Source of the DNA: Escherichia coli | GTDB taxonomy: Bacteria; Pseudomonadota; Gammaproteobacteria; Enterobacterales; Enterobacteriaceae | Reading direction: 5' to 3' (one strand) | NCBI RefSeq assembly: GCF_024298765.1 | Contig: NZ_CP101210.1 | DNA length: 64,000 nucleotides | Shown here: piece after piece, positions 9,777 through 22,897 of the stretch | Position numbering within the stretch: position 1 is the first letter of the stretch | How the letters are laid out: each line of letters begins with the position of its first letter | Notes under the pieces: generated by a model | Database searches by the model: none | Seen by the model: the letters and a program-made list of their open reading frames with translations, nothing else | Told to the model about the DNA's origin: nothing | Made by a program: the position numbers and the translations under genes

Positions 9777-12700
9777 TTACTCGGTTACCGTTTGTTTAGG
9801 TTTACGCGAAAAACGCAGCCGCAGACGGTCGAAAAAGAGATACACCACCGGCGTGGTATACAGCGTAAGGAGCTGGCTCATTACCAGTCCGCCGACAATG
9901 GTGATCCCCAGGGGTTGCCGCAGCTCCGAGCCGTCGCCGCCCGACAATACCAGCGGCAGCGCACCAAACAGCGCCGCCAGGGTAGTCATCATAATCGGGC
10001 GAAAACGCAGCAGACAGGCCTGGAAAATAGCTTCCTGCGGCGTCAGGTTACCGTGCCGTTGGGCTTCAAGCGCAAAATCGACCATCATAATGGCGTTTTT
10101 CTTCACGATGCCGATTAATAGCATGATCCCTATCAGGGCGATTAGGCTGAACGGGGCATTGAACAGCTCCAGCGCCAACAGCGCTCCAACGCCCGCCGAG
10201 GGCAGGGTGGAGAGAATCGTCAGCGGATGTACGTAACTCTCGTAAAGGATACCCAGCACGATATACACCGTGGCGATGGCGGCGATAATCAGGATCACCT
10301 GCGAGTTCATCGTCTCCTGGAACACCTGCGCCGTGCCGGCAAAACTGCCGCGCACCGTCGAAGGCACACCAAGCTGGGTCATTGCGCGATCGATCGCCGC
10401 ACTGGCGTCCGAGAGCGATTTTCCGGTCGGCAGGTTAAACGAAATGGTCGAGGCCGCCGATAATCCCTGATGATTCACCGATAGTGGGGCATTCGCCGGT
10501 TGCCATTTAGCGAAATACGACAGCGGGATCGCTTTGCCTTCGTTATTGATAACGAACATTTTTTCCAGCGCACTGATGTCCTGGGTATAGCGCGGATCCA
10601 CTTCCATCACCACTTTATACTGGTTCATCGGCTGGTAAATGGTCGAGATTTGCCGCTGACCGAAGGCGTTATTTAACAGACTGTTGGCGGCTTGTACGTC
10701 GATTCCCAGCCGTGCCATGGTGTCGCGGTCGTAAACCAGATTCATCTCCGCGCCGTTATCCTGCTGATCGGAGTTCACGTCCGCCAGTTCCGGCAACGTC
10801 GCCAGTTTTTTGCGGATTTTCGGCTCCCATTCTCGCAGTGCCGCCAGGTCGTCGGATAACAACGTGTACTGGTAGCTGGCGTTCGACTGACGCCCACCAA
10901 CGCGAATATCCTGTACCGCCATCAGGAACAGATTCGCCCCCGGTTCTTTCGCCAGTTTTACGCGCAGACGGTCGATAATTTGCTGCGCCGTTTCGCTGCG
11001 TTCGTCGCGTGGCTTGAGGGTGATAAACATCATCCCGCTGTTCACTCGCGAACCGCCTGTAAAGCCGGTGACATTATCCACTGCCGGATCGTCACGGATA
11101 ATTTTCATGAAATCCTGCAACTTGCCGCGCATCGCCTGAAACGAAATACTCTGATCCGCCTGTATCCCGCCCATCAACACGCCGGTGTCCTGCTCCGGGA
11201 AGAAGGTTTTCGGGATCGAGATATATAGCCAGATATTCAAAGCAATGGTGCCAAGCAGCACCACGCCCACCAGACGGGTATGATTGAGCACCCATTTCAG
11301 TGACTTACCATAGCCTTGTTGCAGGGCTACCAACATGCGACCAAAACCACGCAGTCGCTTTTGCTCGCGCGGCTTGCTGGCTTTCAGCATCCAGCCACAC
11401 ATCATTGGCGTTAATGTCAGAGAAACCAGCAACGAAATACCAATGGCGACAGAAAGCGTCACGGCAAACTCGCGTAACAGTCGGCCCGGCAATCCGCCCA
11501 TCAACAGCAGCGGCAGGAACACCGCCACCAGTGACAGACTCATCGACAGCACCGTAAAGCCGACTTCGCGAGTACCTTGCAGTGCGGCTTGCAACGGTTT
11601 CATTCCCGCTTCCAGATGACGTGCAATGTTTTCCAGCACCACGATGGCGTCATCCACCACGAAACCAGTAGCAATGGTGAGCGCCATCAGCGAAAGATTA
11701 TTGAGACTGAATCCGCAAAGGTACATCGCCGCAAACGTACCAATCAGCGAAACCGGCACCGCAACGGCGGGAATAATAGTGGCGCGACCCGAGCGCAGGA
11801 ATAAAAAGACCACCAGAATCACCAGCGCCACCGAGATAATCAGCGTTTGTTCGACTTCCTCCAGCGAGGCGCGAATGGTGGGGGAGCGATCCTGGGCAAT
11901 TTGCAGATCAATCGCCGCCGGAATGGTCTCCTGCAACTCCGGTAATTTTGCCCGGATGCTGTCTACCGTCTGGATAATATTGGCTTCCGGCAGCTTGCGG
12001 ATCATCAGCAAAATAGCCGGTTTGGCGTTGGTCATCCCGGCGTTGCGCACATCCTGCACTGAGTCGGTCACCGTCGCCACATCGCCCAGACGAACCGCGC
12101 CGCCGTTGTTGTAGTGAATAATCAGCGGCTGATATTCAGCGGCGGTTTTCAGTTCATCGTTGGTCTGGATCTGCCAGCGGTGAGTGCCATCTTCCAGCGC
12201 CCCCTGCGGTTTACGCACGTTGGCATTGCTGATGGCAGTGCGTACGTCGTCCAGCGACACGCCCTGATTAAACAGCGCCTGCGGGTTCAGCCCGACGCGC
12301 ACGGCGGGCAGCGAGCTGCCGCCGACATCGACATCACCGACACCGTCGATTTGCGAAATCGTCGGAGCCAGCTGCGTCGAGGCGAAATCGTACAGTTCAC
12401 CCTGCGAATAAGTATCGGATGTCAGCGTGAGGATCATAATTGGCGCATCCGACGGGTTCGCTTTGCGATAGGTCGGGCGGCTGGGCATCCCACTGGGCAG
12501 CAAACTTTGTGCAGCGTTGATCGCCGCCTGCACATCACGCGCTGCGCCGTTGATATCCCGGTCAAAATCAAACTGCAAAATAATACGCGTGCTGCCGAGC
12601 GAACTGCTGGAGGTCATTTCACTGACTCCGGCAATGCGCCCAAGTGAGCGCTCCAGCGGCGTGGCAACGGAAGACGCCATTGTTTCTGGTGACGCACCGG

Positions 12701-12854
12701 GCAGCGAGGCGCTGACCATAATCACCGGAAAATCGACCTGCGGCAGCGGGGCGACCGGCAGCATACGGAAGCCCAGTATGCCGCACAGGGTAATGGCAAC
12801 CGACAGTAAAATCGTCGCCACCGGACGGTAAATGAAGAGGGCAAAAAACTTCAC
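9777..12854 (-). CDS. mdtC: RND multidrug efflux pump subunit MdtC
   Basis: 1025 aa RND permease; operon position. Confidence 0.9.
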   Translation of the reverse strand: MKFFALFIYRPVATILLSVAITLCGILGFRMLPVAPLPQVDFPVIMVSASLPGASPETMASSVATPLERSLGRIAGVSEMTSSSSLGSTRIILQFDFDRDINGAARDVQAAINAAQSLLPSGMPSRPTYRKANPSDAPIMILTLTSDTYSQGELYDFASTQLAPTISQIDGVGDVDVGGSSLPAVRVGLNPQALFNQGVSLDDVRTAISNANVRKPQGALEDGTHRWQIQTNDELKTAAEYQPLIIHYNNGGAVRLGDVATVTDSVQDVRNAGMTNAKPAILLMIRKLPEANIIQTVDSIRAKLPELQETIPAAIDLQIAQDRSPTIRASLEEVEQTLIISVALVILVVFLFLRSGRATIIPAVAVPVSLIGTFAAMYLCGFSLNNLSLMALTIATGFVVDDAIVVLENIARHLEAGMKPLQAALQGTREVGFTVLSMSLSLVAVFLPLLLMGGLPGRLLREFAVTLSVAIGISLLVSLTLTPMMCGWMLKASKPREQKRLRGFGRMLVALQQGYGKSLKWVLNHTRLVGVVLLGTIALNIWLYISIPKTFFPEQDTGVLMGGIQADQSISFQAMRGKLQDFMKIIRDDPAVDNVTGFTGGSRVNSGMMFITLKPRDERSETAQQIIDRLRVKLAKEPGANLFLMAVQDIRVGGRQSNASYQYTLLSDDLAALREWEPKIRKKLATLPELADVNSDQQDNGAEMNLVYDRDTMARLGIDVQAANSLLNNAFGQRQISTIYQPMNQYKVVMEVDPRYTQDISALEKMFVINNEGKAIPLSYFAKWQPANAPLSVNHQGLSAASTISFNLPTGKSLSDASAAIDRAMTQLGVPSTVRGSFAGTAQVFQETMNSQVILIIAAIATVYIVLGILYESYVHPLTILSTLPSAGVGALLALELFNAPFSLIALIGIMLLIGIVKKNAIMMVDFALEAQRHGNLTPQEAIFQACLLRFRPIMMTTLAALFGALPLVLSGGDGSELRQPLGITIVGGLVMSQLLTLYTTPVVYLFFDRLRLRFSRKPKQTVTE

Positions 12855-15800
12855 TTACGCCTCCTCTTCATGACGGGCAAAGCGGCTTTTGGTCCACAAT
12901 GCCAGGCGGTCGAACAGCAGATAAATCACCGGCGTGGTGAACAGCGTCAGCACCTGGCTGACAATCAGGCCGCCGACCATGCCGATACCTAACGGACGAC
13001 GCAGTTCCGCGCCGACCCCGGTACTCAACATCAGCGGCAGCGCGCCAAGCAGAGCCGCCAGGGTGGTCATCAGGATCGGACGAAAACGCAACAGACAAGC
13101 CTGGTAGATTGCATCGCGCGGCGACATGCCTTGCTCGCGCTCAGCAGCCAGCGCGAAGTCGATCATCATGATGGCGTTCTTCTTCACGATACCGATCAGC
13201 AAAATAATGCCGATAATCGCAATCACATCCAGTTCGCTACCGGCAATCATTAACGCCAGCAGGGCGCCAACACCTGCCGTGGGTAGCGTCGAGAGAATGG
13301 TGATCGGGTGAATAAAGCTCTCGTACAGAATGCCGAGCACGATATACATCGCCACCACCGCCGCGACAATCAGCCAGACAGTGCTGCCCAGCGCCGACTG
13401 GAAGGCGAGGGTGCTGCCCTGGAACTGCGTGGTGATATCCACCGGCAGATTCAGCGTCTTTTCGGTGTCCATAATCGCCTGCACCGCATCGCCCAGCGAA
13501 TAGTTATCTGGCACGTTAAAAGAGATGGTCGTTACCGGGAACTGATCCAGATGGTTGATGGAAAGCGGCGCAAAACGCTGTTCAACTTTGGCAATTGAGC
13601 TTAACGGCACCACGCCGCCGTCGCTGCTGGTCAGGCGAATGGTATCTAGCGCCGCAAGCCCTGGGGTATTTTCGGTGTTGTGCTCCAGCACCACGCGATA
13701 CTGGTTGGCCTGAGTATAAATAGTGGAAATCAGCCGCTGACCAAACGCGTTGTACAGGGCGTTATCGACATCCGCCATGCTGATCCCCAGACGGCTGGCG
13801 CTGTCGCGATCAACATTGACATACGCCACCAGCCCTTTGTCCTGCCAGTCGCTGGAGACATCAGAAAGCTGTGGCAGTTGCTGGAGTTTTTCCATCAACT
13901 GTGGCACCCAGGTACTGAGCGCATCCAGTGACGTGGCCTGCAAGGTAAACTGGTACTGGGTGCGGCTGACCTGAGTATCAATAGTCAGATCCTGCGTTGG
14001 TTGCAGGAAGAGATCGACGCCCGGCACTTTATCTACCGCCGTTTGCAGACGGGCGATGACTTTTTGCACCCGATCATCACGTTCATCCAACGGTTTGAGG
14101 TTGATTTGTAAACGTGCACTGTTCAGCGACGGGTTAGTGCCATCAACGCCAACAAATGAGGTCAGGCTTTGCACTGCCGGATCCTGCAAAATCACGTCCG
14201 CGACCTGGCGTTGTCGCTGGGCCATATTGGCAAAGGAGCTGGATTGCGGTGCCTGCAAAGTGCCCTGAATAATGCCATTGTCCTGTACCGGGAAGAAACC
14301 TTTCGGAATGAACACCCACAGCAGCACGCTAAGCAGCAGCGTGCTGAGTGCCACGCTTAAGGTCAGCCACGGATGATTCAGCACTTTCGCCAGTCCACGA
14401 CCATAGGCGGCGATTATCCTGTCGAACATTTTTTCCGAGGCACGGGAGAAGCGGTTCTGTTTACGCAACGACTCCTGGCTGAGCATCCGCGCGCACATCA
14501 TCGGTGTCAGGGTCAGCGACACCACCGCTGAGATCAAAATCGCTACCGCCAGGGTAATAGCAAATTCGCGGAACAGCCGCCCGACGATATCGCCCATAAA
14601 CAGCAGTGGGATCAACACCGCAATCAGTGAGAAGGTCAGCGAGATAATGGTAAAGCCGATTTCACCTGCGCCCTTGAGCGCCGCCGCCAACGGTTTTTCG
14701 CCTTTTTCGATATAGCGGGAAATGTTTTCGATCACCACGATGGCGTCATCGACCACGAATCCGGTGGCGATAGTTAACGCCATCAGTGTCAGGTTATTGA
14801 TTGAAAAATCGAGAAACACCATAACCGCGAAAGTGCCGATTAACGACAGCGGTACAGCAACACCGGGAATGATGGTCGCCGGAATATTGCGCAAAAACAG
14901 GTAGATAATCATGACTACCAGCGCGATAGCCATCATCAATTCAAACTGAGTATCATCGACGGATGCGCGGATATTGGTGGTGCGATCGGAAAGCACTGTC
15001 ACCTTCACCGATTTCGGCAGACTCTCGGTGAGCTGTGGCAGCATCTGCCGGATGCTGTCGGCGGTGGAGATAATGTTAGCACCGGGCTGGCGCTGAACAT
15101 TCATCACAATGGCCTGTTCTTTGTTCGCCCACGCGCCGAGCCAGCTGTTTTCTGCACCTTGCTCTACAGTTGCGACATCGCCCAGACGAATTGGCGCGCC
15201 GTTCTGGTAGGCGATGATTAGCTGGCGATACTCTTCGGCGGATTGCATCTGGTCGTTCGCGGAAAGCGTGACCGCACGGGAAGGGCCGTCGAGGCTACCT
15301 TTTGCCGAGTTAACGTTAGCGCCGGTAATGGCGGTGCGCACGGTTTCGCTGGTCAGGCCGAGGGCGGCAATCGCCTGAGCGTTAAGTTTGACGCGAACAG
15401 CCGGACGCTGACCGCCGGAAAGCGTCACCAGGCCGACGCCGGAAATCTGCGAGATTTTCTGCGCGACGCGGGTTTCCACCATATCTTCCACTTGCGTCAT
15501 CGGCATGGCGGTTGAGGTGACGGCGAGCGTCATGATCGGCGGATCTGCCGGGTTCACTTTGCTGTAAACCGGCGGGTTAGGCAGATCGCTCGGCAACAAG
15601 TTGGTCGCAGCGTTAATCGCGGCCTGCACTTCCTGCTCGGCGACATCGAGCGGTAATGTTAGCTGGAACTGCAAAGTGATAACTGACGCACCGCCGGAAC
15701 TTTGCGACGACATCTGTTTCAGGCCAGACATCTGCCCGAACTGGCGTTCTAGCGGCGCGGTAACGGCAGAGGTCATGACATCCGGGCTGGCACCTGGGTA

Positions 15801-15977
15801 GAGCGTGACCACCTGAATGGTCGGATAGTCCACTTCCGGCAGCGCCGAAACGGGCAGGGCGCGATAACCGATAATCCCGGCGAGTAAGATCGCCACCATC
15901 AGCAGCGTGGTGGCCACAGGACGCATAATAAACAGGCGCGACGGGCCGCCTGTGCTGCTCGGGGGTAACACCTGCAT
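12855..15977 (-). CDS. mdtB: RND multidrug efflux pump subunit MdtB
   Basis: 1040 aa RND permease; start overlaps mdtA stop. Confidence 0.9.
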   Translation of the reverse strand: MQVLPPSSTGGPSRLFIMRPVATTLLMVAILLAGIIGYRALPVSALPEVDYPTIQVVTLYPGASPDVMTSAVTAPLERQFGQMSGLKQMSSQSSGGASVITLQFQLTLPLDVAEQEVQAAINAATNLLPSDLPNPPVYSKVNPADPPIMTLAVTSTAMPMTQVEDMVETRVAQKISQISGVGLVTLSGGQRPAVRVKLNAQAIAALGLTSETVRTAITGANVNSAKGSLDGPSRAVTLSANDQMQSAEEYRQLIIAYQNGAPIRLGDVATVEQGAENSWLGAWANKEQAIVMNVQRQPGANIISTADSIRQMLPQLTESLPKSVKVTVLSDRTTNIRASVDDTQFELMMAIALVVMIIYLFLRNIPATIIPGVAVPLSLIGTFAVMVFLDFSINNLTLMALTIATGFVVDDAIVVIENISRYIEKGEKPLAAALKGAGEIGFTIISLTFSLIAVLIPLLFMGDIVGRLFREFAITLAVAILISAVVSLTLTPMMCARMLSQESLRKQNRFSRASEKMFDRIIAAYGRGLAKVLNHPWLTLSVALSTLLLSVLLWVFIPKGFFPVQDNGIIQGTLQAPQSSSFANMAQRQRQVADVILQDPAVQSLTSFVGVDGTNPSLNSARLQINLKPLDERDDRVQKVIARLQTAVDKVPGVDLFLQPTQDLTIDTQVSRTQYQFTLQATSLDALSTWVPQLMEKLQQLPQLSDVSSDWQDKGLVAYVNVDRDSASRLGISMADVDNALYNAFGQRLISTIYTQANQYRVVLEHNTENTPGLAALDTIRLTSSDGGVVPLSSIAKVEQRFAPLSINHLDQFPVTTISFNVPDNYSLGDAVQAIMDTEKTLNLPVDITTQFQGSTLAFQSALGSTVWLIVAAVVAMYIVLGILYESFIHPITILSTLPTAGVGALLALMIAGSELDVIAIIGIILLIGIVKKNAIMMIDFALAAEREQGMSPRDAIYQACLLRFRPILMTTLAALLGALPLMLSTGVGAELRRPLGIGMVGGLIVSQVLTLFTTPVIYLLFDRLALWTKSRFARHEEEA

Positions 15978-17224
15978 CAGGAGAGTGCTCCTTTTTTCGC
16001 GTATTCGCGGCTGGTGGCTTTCTCTTCCGGAGTAGTGGCGCTCTGGGCTTCCACCACTTCCACTTTCGCCCCTTCGGTCAGGCGATCAATGCCGTCTGTC
16101 ACCACGCGATCGCCCGCAGAAATACCTGCACGGATCACCACTTTCTGACTGTCCTGAATGCCCGGCGTCACCAGATGTTTGCTGACCTTGTTTTCGCTAT
16201 TCAGCACCCAGACAAAATGGCCTTCATTGCCCATTTGCAGGGCGGCTGTTGGGATCACTACGGCGTTTTGTTCGGTGTCGACTAACATGCGCGCGTTAAC
16301 AAACTGATTGGGAAACAGCGCATCATCCTGATTATTAAAGCGTGCTTTCACTTTAATCGTACCGGTAGTGGCATCGATTTGGTTATCTAGACTTAACAGC
16401 GTGCCTTCACTTAATTTCTTCGAGTTGGTGCGATCCCAGGCTTCTACCACCAGCGGTTTTCCGGCTTTCTGCGCCTGCACTACGGTAGCGATATCGCTTT
16501 CCGGCAGGGTAAAGACTAAATCGATAGGATGCGTCTGGGTGATCACCACGATCCCGGTGGTATCACCACTGGAGATTTGGTTACCAACATCAACCTGCTT
16601 GAGACCAACGCGACCATCGACTGGTGCGGTAATCCGGCTCCAGTCGAGTTGCAGCTGCGCGCTGGCAACGCTTGCTTCATCAGCCTTAATGGTGCCTTCG
16701 GTTTCACTGACCAGCGCCTGTTGGGCATCCAGCTCCTGGCGGGAAACGAGATTGGTTTTTGCCAGTTGTTGATAACGCGCCAGGTCACGGCGGGCGTTGG
16801 CAAGCGTGGCTTTATCTTTTGCCAGTTGGCCCTGGGCTTGTGCTAATGCAACTTTGAACTGGCTGGGGTCAATTTCTGCCAGTAAATCGCCTGCTTTGAC
16901 CTGCTGGCCTTCCTGGAAATGTAACGCTATCAGTTGGCCGTCCACGCGGCTGCGCACCGTAACGGTATTAGCGGCGGTAATGGTGCCAAGCCCGGTGAGG
17001 TAACGCGGAACTGCCTGTTCTACGGCGGTCGCCGCCTGAACCGGGGCTAATGGGCCGGAACGCATACCACGTCGACCACCCGCTGGCGATTGCTGCGCTT
17101 GTTTCGTCGCCCCTGGGGCTGCACTCCGGGAGTCATTGCGGCCTTGCCAGAACCAGAATGCGGCGATGGCGGCGATAACCACCACGATTACGATTACCCA
17201 ACGGGATTTATAACTACCTTTCAT
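15977..17224 (-). CDS. mdtA: RND efflux membrane-fusion (periplasmic adaptor) protein MdtA
   Basis: 415 aa from internal Met ([16 protein letters not shown]...); the ORF-track start at 17371 is an upstream extension. Confidence 0.85.
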   Translation of the reverse strand: MKGSYKSRWVIVIVVVIAAIAAFWFWQGRNDSRSAAPGATKQAQQSPAGGRRGMRSGPLAPVQAATAVEQAVPRYLTGLGTITAANTVTVRSRVDGQLIALHFQEGQQVKAGDLLAEIDPSQFKVALAQAQGQLAKDKATLANARRDLARYQQLAKTNLVSRQELDAQQALVSETEGTIKADEASVASAQLQLDWSRITAPVDGRVGLKQVDVGNQISSGDTTGIVVITQTHPIDLVFTLPESDIATVVQAQKAGKPLVVEAWDRTNSKKLSEGTLLSLDNQIDATTGTIKVKARFNNQDDALFPNQFVNARMLVDTEQNAVVIPTAALQMGNEGHFVWVLNSENKVSKHLVTPGIQDSQKVVIRAGISAGDRVVTDGIDRLTEGAKVEVVEAQSATTPEEKATSREYAKKGALS

Positions 17225-17277
17225 CGTTAAGAGTTTCTCTTCCTGAAACGTTTCGCGGAATGATACTAGTGTAGCCA

Positions 17278-17295
17278 GCCAATAAGGGAGAAAAA
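17278..17295 (-). promoter_or_regulatory. putative BaeR-binding box upstream of mdtA
   Basis: Minus-strand sequence TTTTTCTCCCTTATTGGC resembles the recalled BaeR consensus TTTTTCTCCATDATTGGC; about 55 bp upstream of the mdtA start. Confidence 0.5.
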
Positions 17296-17454
17296 TGGAG
17301 GAATTATGAAACACTGTCGGGAATCGTCTGAATGACGGGCACATTTGCGAGCACGCATCCAGTAATAACACAGGAAACTATTTTATCTACGCGTTAGCGA
17401 TAGACTGCTTGCATGGCGAAAGGAGGTAAGCCGCAGATTTCAGCCGGATGCTGA

Positions 17455-17600
17455 AACGGGAAAGCCCCTCCCGAGGAAGGGGCCTTAAATAAGGAAAGGG
17501 TCATGATGAAGCTACTCATCATCGTGGTGCTCTTAGTCATAAGCTTCCCCGCTTACTAAGACTACCAGGGCGGGGGAAACCCCGCTCTACCCTCACTCCT
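17455..17600 (-). ncRNA. putative Sib-type antisense sRNA (antitoxin of the ibs type I TA pair), copy 1; ends approximate
   Basis: Overlaps the small ibs ORF on the opposite strand; minus-strand hairpin GCCCCTTCCTCGGGAGGGGC (17464-17483) followed by a T-rich tract; part of a ~326-bp tandem repeat. Confidence 0.45.
17503..17559 (+). CDS. Ibs-family type I toxin, 18 aa hydrophobic peptide (MMKLLIIVVLLVISFPAY)
   Basis: Short ORF with RBS (aaggaaaggg) read directly from the sequence; absent from the ORF track; matches the Ibs toxin family. Confidence 0.7.
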   Translation: MMKLLIIVVLLVISFPAY

Positions 17601-17847
17601 GAAAGTATGCCTTCACGATAAGATTGTCAATCCGCAGGCTTTGTAGTCTGCGATCCTGCCAGCAAATATTCTTTGCGAGTCGTTACGCAATAATCACAGA
17701 GGAAACTATTTTATTCACGCGTTAGCGATAGACTGCATTCAGGGCGAAAGGAGGTAAGCCGATGATTTCAGCGGGACGCTGAAACGGGAAAGCCTCTCCC
17801 TGTACTGCACCCATTTTGTTGGACGATGAAATGGAATAGCCCCTAAT

Positions 17848-18369
17848 ATGTCAAAGCCAAAATACCCTTTTGAAAAGCGCCTTGAAGTCGTGAATCACTA
17901 CTTCACAACTGATGATGGTTACAGGATCATCTCGGCACGTTTTGGTGTCCCCCGAACCCAGGTCAGGACATGGGTTGCCCTCTATGAAAAACATGGAGAA
18001 AAAGGTTTAATTCCCAAACCTAAAGGCGTTAGTGCTGATCCAGAGTTGCGTATTAAGGTCGTGAAAGCTGTGATCGAGCAGCACATGTCCCTTAATCAGG
18101 CTGCTGCTCACTTTATGCTTGCTGGTAGTGGTTCTGTAGCCAGGTGGCTGAAGGTCTATGAAGAGCGCGGAGAAGCTGGTTTACGCGCGCTCAAGATTGG
18201 CACCAAAAGAAACATTGCAATATCAGTTGATCCAGAAAAAGCGGCATCAGCATTGGAGCTGTCAAAAGACCGACGCATTGAGGATCTTGAAAGGCAAGTT
18301 CGATTTCTTGAAACGCGGCTTGTGTATCTAAAAAAGCTGAAAGCCTTAGCTCATCCCACGAAAAAGTGA
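17848..18369 (+). CDS. insJ: IS150 OrfA (HTH transposase N-terminal protein, 173 aa)
   Basis: 173 aa with HTH; ends at slippery A AAA AAG (18359-18364), the -1 frameshift site to orfB. Confidence 0.85.
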   Translation: MSKPKYPFEKRLEVVNHYFTTDDGYRIISARFGVPRTQVRTWVALYEKHGEKGLIPKPKGVSADPELRIKVVKAVIEQHMSLNQAAAHFMLAGSGSVARWLKVYEERGEAGLRALKIGTKRNIAISVDPEKAASALELSKDRRIEDLERQVRFLETRLVYLKKLKALAHPTKK

Positions 18370-19217
18370 AAGTACTCAACGAGCTAAGGCAGTTTTATCC
18401 TCTTGATGAGCTTCTCAGGGCTGCGGAGATACCGCGCAGTACGTTTTATTACCATCTAAAGGCTCTCAGCAAGCCTGACAAGTATGCGGACGTTAAAAAG
18501 CGTATTGGTGAGATTTATCATGAGAATAGAGGCCGATACGGATACCGTAGGGTAACGCTGTCTCTTCATCGAGAAGGGAAACAGATTAACCATAAAGCTG
18601 TTCAGCGCCTGATGGGAATCCTCTCACTGAAGGCAGCGATTAAGGTCAAGCGATACCGCTCTTACAGAGGAGAGGTAGGGCAAACCGCCCCCAATGTTCT
18701 CCAAAGAGATTTCAAGGCTACGCGGCCAAACGAGAAGTGGGTTACCGATGTTACTGAATTTGCAGTCAATGGGCGCAAGCTGTATTTGTCTCCAGTAATA
18801 GATCTCTTCAACAACGAAGTTATTTCTTACAGCCTTTCGGAAAGACCAGTGATGAACATGGTCGAGAATATGCTCGATCAGGCATTCAAAAAGCTTAATC
18901 CTCACGAGCATCCTGTTCTGCACTCTGACCAGGGATGGCAGTATCGTATGAGAAGATATCAAAATATCCTTAAAGAACATGGTATTAAACAAAGCATGTC
19001 CAGAAAAGGCAATTGTCTGGATAATGCTGTGGTGGAGTGTTTCTTTGGAACCTTAAAGTCGGAGTGTTTTTATCTTGATGAGTTCAGTAATATAAGCGAG
19101 CTGAAGGATGCTGTTACGGAATATATTGAATACTACAACAGCAGAAGAATTAGCCTGAAATTAAAAGGTCTGACTCCAATTGAATATCGGAATCAGACCT
19201 ATATGCCTCGTGTTTAA
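18366..19217 (+). CDS. insK: IS150 OrfB (DDE transposase catalytic domain, 283 aa)
   Basis: 283 aa with DDE integrase-core motifs ([25 protein letters not shown]). Confidence 0.85.
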   Translation: MKVLNELRQFYPLDELLRAAEIPRSTFYYHLKALSKPDKYADVKKRIGEIYHENRGRYGYRRVTLSLHREGKQINHKAVQRLMGILSLKAAIKVKRYRSYRGEVGQTAPNVLQRDFKATRPNEKWVTDVTEFAVNGRKLYLSPVIDLFNNEVISYSLSERPVMNMVENMLDQAFKKLNPHEHPVLHSDQGWQYRMRRYQNILKEHGIKQSMSRKGNCLDNAVVECFFGTLKSECFYLDEFSNISELKDAVTEYIEYYNSRRISLKLKGLTPIEYRNQTYMPRV

Positions 19218-19277
19218 CTGTCCAACTTTTTGGGGTCAGTACACCCGGAGAAGAGGGCTTTTAATAAGGAAAGGGTT

Positions 19278-19337
19278 ATGATGAAGCACGTCATCATACT
19301 GGTGATACTCTTAGTGATTAGCTTCCAGGCTTACTAA
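19278..19337 (+). CDS. Ibs-family type I toxin, 19 aa (MMKHVIILVILLVISFQAY), copy 2
   Basis: Short ORF with RBS immediately past the IS150 right end; paralogue of the peptide at 17503. Confidence 0.65.
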   Translation: MMKHVIILVILLVISFQAY

Positions 19338-19557
19338 GAACACCAGGGGGAGGGGGAAACCTCTCCCTAACCCTCACTCCTGAAATTATGTCACTCCGCC
19401 CTTAGTGTCAATCGACGGCTCTCCGTTCTTGCGAGGCGAATAGCAAAATTTTCTGCGCCGCCGGGCCTAATTCTGAAAGTTTCTTCGTTTGTTCTTATTT
19501 CATTATTGCAGTCGGTATGATACCGGACCTCAATAATTCTCTAAGAAAGGATTTCTT

Positions 19558-20217
19558 ATGAGCGAACAAATCACGTTTGCCACCAGCGATTTTGCCAGTA
19601 ACCCGGAACCACGTTGCCCCTGCATTTTGCTGCTGGATGTTTCTGGCTCGATGAGCGGCAGACCTATTAATGAACTTAACGCCGGATTGGTGACCTTTCG
19701 TGATGAACTGCTTGCCGATCCGCTGGCTTTAAAAAGAGTGGAACTCGGCATTGTGACGTTCGGCCCGGTGCATGTGGAACAACCCTTTACCAGCGCCGCT
19801 AACTTTTTCCCGCCCATCCTGTTTGCCCAGGGGGATACGCCAATGGGGGCCGCCATTACCAAAGCCCTGGATATGGTTGAAGAGAGGAAACGTGAGTACC
19901 GCGCAAATGGTATTTCGTATTATCGCCCGTGGATTTTCCTGATCACCGATGGCGCTCCAACCGATGAGTGGCAGGCTGCCGCCAACAAAGTGTTTCAGGG
20001 GGAAGAAGATAAGAAGTTTGCCTTCTTTTCCATCGGTGTTCAGGGGGCGGATATGAAGACGCTGGCACAAATCAGCGTTCGTCAGCCTTTGCCTCTGCAA
20101 GGATTACAATTCCGTGAACTGTTTAGCTGGTTATCCAGTTCGCTGCGTTCGGTTTCCCGCTCCACGCCGGGAACGGAAGTTGTGCTGGAAGCGCCAAAAG
20201 GCTGGACGTCAGTGTGA
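19558..20217 (+). CDS. yegL: von Willebrand factor A (vWA) domain protein YegL (TerY-like)
   Basis: 219 aa; MIDAS motif DVSGSMSG (DxSxS) and later ITDGAPTD. Confidence 0.85.
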   Translation: MSEQITFATSDFASNPEPRCPCILLLDVSGSMSGRPINELNAGLVTFRDELLADPLALKRVELGIVTFGPVHVEQPFTSAANFFPPILFAQGDTPMGAAITKALDMVEERKREYRANGISYYRPWIFLITDGAPTDEWQAAANKVFQGEEDKKFAFFSIGVQGADMKTLAQISVRQPLPLQGLQFRELFSWLSSSLRSVSRSTPGTEVVLEAPKGWTSV

Positions 20218-20975
20218 GCTGGCGTCTGGTTTATGCATCCGCTGTTGGAACGTCGCACATTAGCGCTGATTTACCTTGTCAGGATGCCTGCCAGATGCAG
20301 GTTGCCTGGTTAAACGATCAGCAACCATTACTGGTGATGTTTCTTGCTGATGGTGCAGGCAGCGTCTCGCAGGGTGGCGAAGGCGCGATGCTCGCCGTCA
20401 ATGAAGCGATGGCTTATATGTCGCAAAAAGTGCAGGGTGGGGAATTGGGGCTTAATGATATCCTCGCCACGGATATTGTGCTGACTATTCGTCAGCGACT
20501 TTTTGCCGAGGCAGAGGCCAAAGAATTAGCGGTTCGCGATTTTGCCTGCACGTTTATGGGATTGATTTCATCGGCTAATGGCACCTTGATTATGCAGATT
20601 GGCGATGGCGGCGTGGTGGTAGATTTCGGTCATGGTCTGCAATTGCCGCTTACGCCGATGGTGGGTGAATATGCCAATATGACGCACTTCATTACCGATG
20701 AAGATGCCGTTTCCAGACTGGAAACTTTCACCAGCACTGAGCGTGTGCATAAAGTTGCAGCATTTACGGATGGTATCCAGCGACTGGCGTTAAATATGTT
20801 GGATAATTCTCCACATGTGCCTTTCTTTACCCCGTTTTTCAATGGACTGGCGTCAGCAACGCAGGAACAACTCGATTTATTACCTGAATTGTTAAAGCAG
20901 TTTTTGTCCAGCCCAGCGGTAAACGAGCGTACCGATGATGATAAAACGTTAGCACTGGCGCTGTGGGCAGAGTGA
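20214..20975 (+). CDS. yegK: PP2C-family Ser/Thr protein phosphatase (YegK/PphC)
   Basis: 253 aa; PP2C-like metal-binding motifs ([12 protein letters not shown]); start overlaps yegL stop (ATGA-type coupling). Confidence 0.8.
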   Translation: MSWRLVYASAVGTSHISADLPCQDACQMQVAWLNDQQPLLVMFLADGAGSVSQGGEGAMLAVNEAMAYMSQKVQGGELGLNDILATDIVLTIRQRLFAEAEAKELAVRDFACTFMGLISSANGTLIMQIGDGGVVVDFGHGLQLPLTPMVGEYANMTHFITDEDAVSRLETFTSTERVHKVAAFTDGIQRLALNMLDNSPHVPFFTPFFNGLASATQEQLDLLPELLKQFLSSPAVNERTDDDKTLALALWAE

Positions 20976-21039
20976 GTTTCTCATGGCGGTTGAAGACAAC
21001 AATTCAACCGCCAGTTTAAACAATAAATATAACGGCTGA

Positions 21040-21501
21040 TTAGCGAACTAATTTTGCTCTAAGCTCGTCGGCTTCTTCTTTTGGATAGGTGACCAATAAA
21101 GGATCAATGGTATAACCGCCGTAAATTTTATCCCCGCGCGTATACATCCAGTCTGAAATATCTTCTTTCTTGATTTTCCACTCCTGGCCATATTCTACGT
21201 TTGTAACAATACCAGGGTCATTGCTGATTACGCCAATAAACATGCCGTTAGAATAAGTGACATCCGTGAGCCAGAAATGCTCGGTTCTTCCGTGATCGGT
21301 TATCGGGGCTTTGACTGCGAAAGTATCGGCATCTTTTTTATTCATAACCTCGATGAATTTATCGGTTTCTTTCCGCGCATGTTTAATCGCGTCAGACATC
21401 GCTTGTTTATCATAACCTTCTGTCACTAACGTATCCGAAACTTCACTAAAGCCCGCGGTAGTAAAAAATAGCAGGCTCAACATGAGTAATATCTTTTTCA
21501 T
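21040..21501 (-). CDS. yegJ: secreted/periplasmic protein YegJ (DUF2314-like)
   Basis: 153 aa with N-terminal signal peptide MKKILLMLSLLFFTTAGFS. Confidence 0.75.
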   Translation of the reverse strand: MKKILLMLSLLFFTTAGFSEVSDTLVTEGYDKQAMSDAIKHARKETDKFIEVMNKKDADTFAVKAPITDHGRTEHFWLTDVTYSNGMFIGVISNDPGIVTNVEYGQEWKIKKEDISDWMYTRGDKIYGGYTIDPLLVTYPKEEADELRAKLVR

Positions 21502-21535
21502 TTTTTCTCCAGAATCTCTGTGTAGTAAAAGTTAG

Positions 21536-22730
<1,195 letters not shown>

Positions 22731-22897
22731 TTAGCAAAACCTGTGGAAGTGAATCATTATCAGGTTGGAATTGAATTGTATCCTGATGAAATTACATTAT
22801 CATTTTTATTCTTGAGTGGGCTCTTCCCATATAGAAATAATTATAATGGGCAGTGTTATTATTCATTGAAATATAATATTGCTGCCCTTGAAACATT

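Larger units (their letters stand above)
17801..19243 (+). mobile_element. IS150 (IS3 family), complete 1443 bp, flanked by 3-bp direct repeat CCC
   Basis: Terminal inverted repeats TGTACTGCACCC... (17801) and ...GGGGTCAGTACA (19243); orfA/orfB pair; CCC at 17798-17800 and 19244-19246. Confidence 0.85.

Noticed and set aside
9625-12831. Several 100-200-aa plus-strand ORFs inside mdtC (e.g. 9625-10236, 11626-12114, 12114-12647)
   Set aside because: Antisense shadow ORFs within the RND pump gene; no RBS context and no recognisable domains.
17380-17800. Possible tRNA or rRNA fragment in the structured repeat region
   Set aside because: No cloverleaf or conserved tRNA/rRNA features; the sequence is better explained as sib/ibs type I toxin-antitoxin repeats.
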